Positions 9,295 to 14,839 of a stretch of 14,839 bases of DNA are shown piece by piece. How positions within the stretch are numbered: the first letter of the stretch is position 1; each line of letters opens with the position of its first letter. The notes under the pieces are model-generated. The model was not told where the DNA came from. It saw nothing but the letters and a program-made list of their open reading frames with translations, and did no database searches. The position numbers and the translations under genes were made by a program. The DNA is from Opitutales bacterium (lineage in GTDB: Bacteria; Verrucomicrobiota; Verrucomicrobiia; Opitutales; Coraliomargaritaceae): assembly GCA_049598495.1 (NCBI GenBank), contig JBMYNR010000039.1:1-14839 (forward strand), in the 5' to 3' direction.

Positions 9295-9426
9295 AGCACA
9301 TTGCATTTCGTTAGAACTTCTGGCGAAAGCCGCGCAAGGCGTCCAGCCAGGCGTGCGCCGAGGCGCATCACTGGCTGGCAACAAATATGACACCCAGCCA
9401 GTTATTCTACCTAAATGCAAAGTGCT
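9295..9426 (-). mobile_element. MITE-like element, family 1, copy C (132 bp, inverted)
   Basis: The reverse complement of 9371-9420 matches 5437-5486 at 48/50. The other end reads CCAGAAGTTCTAACGAAATGCAATGTGCT on the minus strand. Confidence 0.82.
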
Positions 9427-9427
9427 T

Positions 9428-9674
9428 TAGCCCGAATATTGCACCAGTTTGTTGCTGTCGTTCTTTATCTTGTTACGGGATGGCTACTTGCGAGTTTTCT
9501 TCAAAAACTCGTCGTGTCACAAAAGTGACAGCAACAAACTTTGAGTCCAGAAGCGTCCCTGGCTGTGTTCCGAGCGCGTAACCCACTTAGTCACGCACTT
9601 CAGTGCGCTCCTGCGTGGAACACGGCTCGCGCCTTGCCAAAGCCAATTCTGGATCTCATGCAATAAGCGGGCTA
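9428..9674. mobile_element. MITE-like element, family 2, with interrupted left TIR
   Basis: TAGCCCGAATATTGCA (9428-9443) vs TGCAATAAGCGGGCTA (9659-9674) are inverted at 14/16. The IR resumes as TGAGTCCAGAA (9542-9552) vs TTCTGGATCTCA (9647-9658). Confidence 0.7.
9446..9540. repeat. Nested inverted-repeat element (perfect 14-bp IR)
   Basis: AGTTTGTTGCTGTC (9446-9459) / GACAGCAACAAACT (9527-9540). Internal hairpins CGAGTTTT..AAAACTCG (9491-9511) and TGTCAC-AAAA-GTGACA (9515-9530). Confidence 0.7.
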
Positions 9675-10619
9675 GAGGCGTTCGTTTGCTGAATCTGTAT
9701 AGACTACAACTGTAGACCTCCGGAAGTATTTTGCCAGAACCCCATGCTTCGGTGCAAAGAGCAGGACTAGCGCGAAGATCAATCCTGCAGTAACAGCCAT
9801 CATTCCCGAGGTTGAGGTATCGTCAAAGCCAAACCAAGTTGGCACGATTAGAGCACCAACATGCCCGATCACTGCACTTAGGACAGCCAGTAGCACGCTG
9901 ATGATTATCATCATACATAGTCGATCCGTCAATAAGTGAGCCGTCGCAGCGGGCACAATCAGCATCGCAATAACGATAATACTACCCACTGCTTCAAAGG
10001 TAGCAACCGTTGTCACGGCAACCAATGTCATCAACAGGTAGTGCATCAGATTGGAATGGATGCCCATCGTTGTGGCTAACTCGGGATCGAATGATGAGAT
10101 TCTCAGCTCTTTAAAGAAGGCGATGACAAAAAGTAGATTGAGAAGAGACACCCCAATTAACACCAGGGCAGCACGCGGCACTTCAATGACGCCACCCAAT
10201 AGTTCCAGGCGCCAGACTACATCCAGCGGCGTCAATTCGATGGCTCCGTAAAGCACACAACCGGGATCCAGGTCAACATGGTCGGCTGCCTGAACGATTA
10301 GTAACAACCCAAGCGCAAATAAGGAGGTAAAGACGATCCCCATGGAAGCCCCCTCATCCACCTTACCGAAGCGACTGATCCACTGAGTAAAAACCGCCGT
10401 TAGCACCCCGACAATCGCAGCTCCAATAAACATTGATACACTGGTGCGTACGCCTGTGACGATAAAGGCAATCGCTAGGCCAGGTAATACCGCATGGCTA
10501 ATGGCATCACCCATCATGCTCATTTTTCGAAGTACGAGAAAATTGCCCAGCAACGCACAGGCCGTTGCCGCAAGGGCTCCGACCACCACAATCCAAGTAT
10601 CTACACTATACCACTCCAT
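9672..10619 (-). CDS. Mn/Zn/Fe ABC transporter permease (TroD/YtgD-like)
   Basis: LVLRKMSMMGDAISHAVLPG, FKELRISSFD, FEAVGSI, multiple TM helices. Start ATG 10619 chosen because the upstream ORF extension is a REP doublet. Confidence 0.9.
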   Translation of the reverse strand: MEWYSVDTWIVVVGALAATACALLGNFLVLRKMSMMGDAISHAVLPGLAIAFIVTGVRTSVSMFIGAAIVGVLTAVFTQWISRFGKVDEGASMGIVFTSLFALGLLLIVQAADHVDLDPGCVLYGAIELTPLDVVWRLELLGGVIEVPRAALVLIGVSLLNLLFVIAFFKELRISSFDPELATTMGIHSNLMHYLLMTLVAVTTVATFEAVGSIIVIAMLIVPAATAHLLTDRLCMMIIISVLLAVLSAVIGHVGALIVPTWFGFDDTSTSGMMAVTAGLIFALVLLFAPKHGVLAKYFRRSTVVVYTDSANERL

Positions 10620-10630
10620 GAATGCACCGA

Positions 10631-10706
10631 TTGGTAGCACGACGGCGATAGCCGTTGTGATCCGCAGACAAGCATCCAACACTGGCTATCGCCAGCGTGC
10701 TACCAA
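10631..10706. repeat. REP doublet (REPIN-like)
   Basis: TTGGTAGCACGACGGCGATAGCCGTTG on + and TTGGTAGCACGCTGGCGATAGCCAGTG on -. These are two inverted GTAG REPs, each with a GATA-loop stem. Confidence 0.85.
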
Positions 10707-10761
10707 AAGAAATGTCCCCTTCTATTATCACTCTCTCTTTCCCTACGCGCATCCCGCGCGG

Positions 10762-12111
10762 CTAGTCTCCAGGATGAATGGGGTGCGGACTCTGAGGTAC
10801 CAGACTACCCACATGACGATAGGTTTGAAGTTTGCTCTCGAGACGCAGCACCATCTTGTCACCAAGGATGTGCTCAACCATATCGGCATCTCGATCCACT
10901 CGACTGGTCGCAACATCGGCATACTCAATCAAATAGAGTTCCCAAAGTCGGTGGTTGCGAGTCACTTGGGCCGCTTCGGCCAGACCTGCCTCCGTTACAA
11001 CAATCCTGTCTTCTCGATTCGGCGCCTCAATAAGGCCGTCGTCATATGCACGCCGAATAAACTCACGTAATTTGTGATCACTCCAAGTGCGGCGGCCTCT
11101 GACCTGACGAAACGCGACCGGATGGATCGACACATGGCCGTCTTCCCCTGAGGCTTCGAGTATTTCGTAGAGGGCACGAAGCAAATGCTGACGCCCAATC
11201 CGATGCTTGAGTCTCGACTGGCGCAAAGCGCGCACGAGCAATCCTCGCTCGGCACCGAGAAGCATACTGAAAAGAAAACACAGGGCTGCCACCAACACAA
11301 TCACCGCGCCCGCTGGTAAGCGGGGAAAGAATGCGCTGACACTGGCCCCGAGCCATCCACTGGCCCCGCCGATGAGAGCTGAAAGCAAAAGCATCTGATC
11401 GAGATGATTCGTCCAGAAACGAGCTGCCGCCGCTGGGGTGATCAGAAACGCAATGATCAAGATCAAACCGACTGCCTGAAGGCCAGCGACCGTAACAGCG
11501 GTAACAAGCACAAGAAGGAGGATATCGAGGGACTTCACCGGCCAACCGAGCGCTGACGCAAAGTTCTCATCAAAACAAAGAAGGCGAAATTCCTTAAAGA
11601 GCAGGAGCGAGCATGTGAGGACGCAGATGGTGACGAACATGATGGTTTTAAAGTCACTCATCACCATTGAAGCAGTTTTTCCGTAGATAAAAGACTCGAG
11701 CCCGGCCGCACTACCCTCGGGCATGGACTGAACCACTCCAAGGACCGCTACACCAGCACCAAAGAACACGCTTAAGACGATTCCCATCGCGGCATCGTCC
11801 TTTATTCGTGAGTTGTTCCGGATAAAGAGCACAAGTGCGCAGCCGACCACACCTGTAATCGCCGCTCCCGTTAATAGAATTGGCAGGGATTTACCCTCAC
11901 CCCCAAGAAGTACGGCCAAAATGAAGGCGATCGCAACACCCGGAAGTGTAGCATGCGAGAGTGTATCGCCCATAAGCGAACGCTTCCGGAGCAGAAGAAA
12001 GCCCCCCATCAGCCCACAGGCGCTCCCCAGCAAGAAGGTGCAAATCACGACCAAACGAGTATTGTAGTCTCGTAGAAAAAGAACGTTCCCTATGTCAAAA
12101 AGTTCCGGCAT
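10762..12111 (-). CDS. Mn/Zn/Fe ABC transporter permease fused to a C-terminal DtxR/TroR-like metalloregulator domain (YtgCR-like)
   Basis: aa 1-~290 form an ABC-3 permease (LRKRSLMGDTLSHATLPG, FKEFRLLCFD, LQAVG). aa ~300-449 are soluble and contain RNHRLWELYL...ADMVEHIL...PQSPH, typical of DtxR-family dimerisation domains. Confidence 0.88.
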   Translation of the reverse strand: MPELFDIGNVLFLRDYNTRLVVICTFLLGSACGLMGGFLLLRKRSLMGDTLSHATLPGVAIAFILAVLLGGEGKSLPILLTGAAITGVVGCALVLFIRNNSRIKDDAAMGIVLSVFFGAGVAVLGVVQSMPEGSAAGLESFIYGKTASMVMSDFKTIMFVTICVLTCSLLLFKEFRLLCFDENFASALGWPVKSLDILLLVLVTAVTVAGLQAVGLILIIAFLITPAAAARFWTNHLDQMLLLSALIGGASGWLGASVSAFFPRLPAGAVIVLVAALCFLFSMLLGAERGLLVRALRQSRLKHRIGRQHLLRALYEILEASGEDGHVSIHPVAFRQVRGRRTWSDHKLREFIRRAYDDGLIEAPNREDRIVVTEAGLAEAAQVTRNHRLWELYLIEYADVATSRVDRDADMVEHILGDKMVLRLESKLQTYRHVGSLVPQSPHPIHPGD

Positions 12112-12116
12112 GGTGC

Positions 12117-12932
12117 TTAACGGGCCTTCAGCACCTCATCCGCCGCCTGCGTGAGCAGCGTCAATTTGCCGCCATAGGTTCGACGAAGATTCTCCTGTGT
12201 GAAGACCACTTTGGTTGGTCCCGAGGCAACGACCCGCATATTTAGCAGAACGGTCCAGTCAAAATACTGTGGCACAGTGGCGAGATCGTGGTGCACAACG
12301 AGGACGGTCTTCCCGCGAGTTTGGAACTCCTTCAGAAGCTCGACAATGGCACGCTCGGTAGCCGCATCAACAGCTGCGAAGGGCTCGTCCATGAAGTAAA
12401 TGTCTGCATCCTGAACCAGAGCTCGCGCAAGAAAGGTGCGTTGTTGCTGACCACCCGATAGCTGACTAATCTGATGATCCGCATAATCAGCCAGACCGAC
12501 CCGTTCCAAGGCCTGCATCGATAGCGCCTTCGAGTGCTTACTGACACGGCGGAACCAACCGAGCTTCCCGTAGGTTCCCATTGCAACCACATCAAGCGCG
12601 CTCACAGGAAAATCCCAATCCACACTCTCACGCTGCGGAACATAGCCAACCCGACGGCGTTCCTTTTCATAAGGTCTACCGTAGATATTAACCTCACCTG
12701 AGGAACGCGGGATCAAATCAAGGCAGGCCTTCAAGAGAGTACTCTTACCGGCCCCGTTCGGCCCGACGATACCGACAAGTTTACCTTCCGGTATGGAAAG
12801 ATCGATATCCCAGATCACGGGCTTTCGGTGGTAGGCCACAGTGAGGTCTCTCACCGCTAACGGATAACGAACCGTGGCAGCCACAGTGTGCTCGCCATGC
12901 ATTAAAGGTTCTGTCGCAGCTGCAGTCATCAT
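12117..12932 (-). CDS. Mn/Zn/Fe ABC transporter ATP-binding protein (TroB-like)
   Basis: Walker A GPNGAGKST, YVPQ, signature LSGGQQQR, Walker B FMDEPF, switch VHHDL. Start 12932, 12929 or 12902. Confidence 0.93.
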   Translation of the reverse strand: MMTAAATEPLMHGEHTVAATVRYPLAVRDLTVAYHRKPVIWDIDLSIPEGKLVGIVGPNGAGKSTLLKACLDLIPRSSGEVNIYGRPYEKERRRVGYVPQRESVDWDFPVSALDVVAMGTYGKLGWFRRVSKHSKALSMQALERVGLADYADHQISQLSGGQQQRTFLARALVQDADIYFMDEPFAAVDAATERAIVELLKEFQTRGKTVLVVHHDLATVPQYFDWTVLLNMRVVASGPTKVVFTQENLRRTYGGKLTLLTQAADEVLKAR

Positions 12933-12966
12933 TCTCTTTAGGTTGTAACTAGAAAAGTCACACAAA

Positions 12967-13066
12967 TCACAAAATATACTTCTTCACTTCAAACTTAGGT
13001 GCACCGAAGTTCATCAGCCTCGTAGGCAGTTTGGCGAACGCGCTTGGCGAGTTCTTGAATATTCAT
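12967..13066 (-). pseudogene. Internally deleted GxxExxY-family gene remnant
   Basis: ATG 13066 gives MNIQELAKRVRQTAYE. A second frame gives LMNFGAPKFEVKKYIL-stop(12967). These resemble the N- and C-termini of ~120-aa GxxExxY proteins (C-terminal LL-I/M-NFG motif), recognised by eye. Confidence 0.65.
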
Positions 13067-13074
13067 GTTTGTGG

Positions 13075-14064
13075 TTATTCTTGGTTGGACGCAAAGCCAT
13101 CGGCCGAACCGCCCAACGCGCTGGTGATTGTTGTCACATTGTGATCGATCATACCAATATAGCTCCCTTCGTAAGTACCCGACTCACCCATGGCGTCGGA
13201 GAATAGTGAACCGCCAATGACGACCTCATGTCCACGCGCTTTCGCCCCCTCAACGAGAGCTCGCACATTTTTATCAGCCACCGAGCTCTCTACGAAGACC
13301 GCCGGGATCCGATTCTCGACGATGAAGTTCACCAGGTCTTCGAGGTCGCGTACACCTGCCTCGGACTCCGTACTGATTCCCTGAATGCCACGGACCTCAA
13401 TGCCGTAAGCTCGGCCCAGATACTGAAAGGCGTCGTGTGCAGTCACCAGCACACGCTGCGACTCGGGAATCGTGGCCAAGGCTTTCTTCGCGTATTCGTC
13501 GAGCGCTTTTAAGCGCTCTAGATACTTAGCCGCATTCGAGCGGTATGTCTCCGCGTAAACGGGATCGAAGGCCGCCAAGGTTTCTGCGATTACTGGTACT
13601 GCCTGCTGCCAACCGACCACATCCATCCAGACATGCGGGTCCGTATGCTCCGAACCGTCGTCCTTTTCGAGAAGGTAGTCACTCTCATTGAGAATCGCCT
13701 CCGTAACCGCACGCACTGGTTTACCCGCCGCTGCGACTCGAACGAGCACATCCGTCATCCTACCCTCCAGGAGGAGCCCGTTGTAAAAAACGACGTCGGC
13801 CCCGCTAAGCTTTAGGACATCACTCCGCGTCGGCTTATACAGGTGGGGATCGACACCCTCACCAATGATGCCCTCCACTGAAGCACGCTCACCCGCCACA
13901 TTGCGAACCACATCGGTGATCATAGCAACCGTGCAGACAATCTGATATGATCCTGCCAGCTCCGACGATGCAACCGCTTCCTCCCTTTGCGAACCGCATC
14001 CCAACTGCCAAAGGCCACCGAGCAGCGTCAAAAGCGATAAAAATAAAGACTTATAGAAATTCAT
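13075..14064 (-). CDS. Mn/Zn/Fe ABC transporter substrate-binding lipoprotein (TroA-like)
   Basis: Signal peptide MNFYKSLFLSLLTLLGGLWQLG-C (lipobox-like). GVDPHLY, DPHVW, TAHDAF and LFSDA give the His/His/His/Asp ligand set of TroA-type proteins. Confidence 0.93.
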   Translation of the reverse strand: MNFYKSLFLSLLTLLGGLWQLGCGSQREEAVASSELAGSYQIVCTVAMITDVVRNVAGERASVEGIIGEGVDPHLYKPTRSDVLKLSGADVVFYNGLLLEGRMTDVLVRVAAAGKPVRAVTEAILNESDYLLEKDDGSEHTDPHVWMDVVGWQQAVPVIAETLAAFDPVYAETYRSNAAKYLERLKALDEYAKKALATIPESQRVLVTAHDAFQYLGRAYGIEVRGIQGISTESEAGVRDLEDLVNFIVENRIPAVFVESSVADKNVRALVEGAKARGHEVVIGGSLFSDAMGESGTYEGSYIGMIDHNVTTITSALGGSADGFASNQE

Positions 14065-14083
14065 ACTTTGAATACTCAAAGTA
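14064..14083. promoter_or_regulatory. Candidate TroR/DtxR-family operator
   Basis: TACTTTGA-ATAC-TCAAAGTA has perfect 8-bp arms and overlaps the troA start codon. It resembles the Treponema TroR operator as I recall it (TACTTTGATGCATCAAAATT). Confidence 0.7.
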
Positions 14084-14112
14084 ATTAAATATAGTCTGTC
14101 AAGTTTTAACAA
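14084..14112 (-). promoter_or_regulatory. Putative sigma70 promoter of the tro operon
   Basis: Minus strand TTGTTA(14112-14107)-17 nt-TTTAAT(14089-14084), immediately upstream of the operator. A perfect TTGACA at 14102-14097 is an alternative -35. Confidence 0.45.
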
Positions 14113-14333
14113 GGCCGAGAAGGGCTGACCGGCCACTATCTCATATAACTTCGAAAAAGAGCCTGATCCTCCGGGTAGGTGCCATGTCCTTATGCGGCTG
14201 CCACGTCTCGTAAGTATCTTGGACGACTTCCGGCATCGCAAAAGATAGACTGGAGGCCTTATCCGCGTCACCGTGGAGGCTTACAACTGGAAGCGCTCCA
14301 CTATAGCATCCAGCGAAAGCTGGATGAAGACTC

Positions 14334-14370
14334 CATCCTAAGGGTTGGCCTACGCCTTTTAGGGCGTCCG
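14334..14370 (+). repeat. 37-bp REP-like direct repeat, copy 1
   Basis: CATCCTAAGGGTTGGCCTACGCCTTTTAGGGCGTCCG, 34/37 identical to 14721-14757. Confidence 0.8.
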
Positions 14371-14547
14371 CCGAACAGCCCAACCACTCGGACGCTTTTG
14401 TGGACCGCTCATACACGCTAAAGGGACGCTAAAATCCTGGTTCTGAGAATTGCTCTCTCCATTTTTAGCGAAGATTGAGCGGTGATGAGCGGTTAAAAAA
14501 TGCTCATACCAAAGAAACCAGGTCTTTCAGCCGTTCGTCGGGCAGGT

Positions 14548-14639
14548 GTAGCGATGCGATGCCAGTCGCGTCGACGTATGAAGGGTTTCGAACAGACGGA
14601 AGCACTCGTCCGTCCACCTTGCTGGCGCAAGTTCGCTAC
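14548..14639. repeat. Inverted pair of dissimilar GTAG-type REP-like hairpins
   Basis: + strand GTAG-CGATGCGA-TGCCAG-TCGCGTCG (14548-14573). - strand GTAGCGAA-CTTGC-GCCA-GCAAG-GTGG (14639-14614). Confidence 0.6.
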
Positions 14640-14720
14640 GTCGCGGCGGATGTAACGATTGAAAGCTTTCTAAATATGGAATCAGACGGCCTAAAGGTCG
14701 AACTCCAACAAAACTCCACG

Positions 14721-14757
14721 CATCCTAAGGGTTGGCGTGCGCCCTTTAGGGCGTCCG
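14721..14757 (+). repeat. 37-bp REP-like direct repeat, copy 2
   Basis: CATCCTAAGGGTTGGCGTGCGCCCTTTAGGGCGTCCG, containing the CGCCCT-TT-AGGGCG hairpin. Confidence 0.8.
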
Positions 14758-14839
14758 TCCCTATCTTTGCAACCCGCTCAGACTTTATTGGGCGTGTCGG
14801 ACTTAGGAAGTCCTCCCCGCAGTTGAGTGTTTGCTAGTT

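Noticed and set aside
363..13815. Numerous 60-210 aa ORFs overlapping the main genes
   Set aside because: Antisense or alternate-frame shadows of well-supported genes in GC-rich DNA, with no motifs.
14065..14271. 69-aa N-terminal extension of TroA in the ORF track (and similar extensions of hemB, troB, troD and holA)
   Set aside because: The extensions cover promoter, operator or repeat DNA. The TroA signal peptide starts at 14064.
14431..14683. Possible TIR pair around 14431-14456 and 14660-14683
   Set aside because: The alignment is too weak and gapped to call.
14334..14757. 37-bp direct repeats as a CRISPR array
   Set aside because: Only two copies, separated by 350 bp of other hairpins. 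There are no spacer-sized intervals and no cas genes.
14141..14837. ORFs 14141-14416 (-), 14179-14421 (+) and 14475-14837 (+)
   Set aside because: They run through palindromic repeats and have no recognisable motifs such as the HUH/Y of a RAYT. Probably spurious, although a gene fragment at ~14141-14300 cannot be excluded.

Overview
Bacterial chromosomal window. The protein and intergenic style suggests Verrucomicrobiota (Opitutales-like), but this is inference only. It holds 11 intact CDSs: holA, cinA, uvrC, hemB, an AT-richer orphan membrane-anchored protein, cysS, an SMP-30/gluconolactonase, and a minus-strand TroABCD/YtgABCD-type Mn/Zn/Fe ABC operon. One permease of that operon carries a fused C-terminal DtxR/TroR-like repressor domain, and a TroR-box-like palindrome overlaps the troA start. 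The most unusual signal is non-coding: most intergenic gaps hold small palindromic elements. These include three copies of one MITE-like family with ~29-bp imperfect terminal inverted repeats (TIRs), a second TIR element whose left TIR is split by a third, nested IR element, several GTAG-type REP/REPIN units, and an internally deleted GxxExxY gene remnant inside the tro operon. Several genes use an element end as their stop codon. No transposase, RAYT, rRNA, tRNA or CRISPR array is visible.
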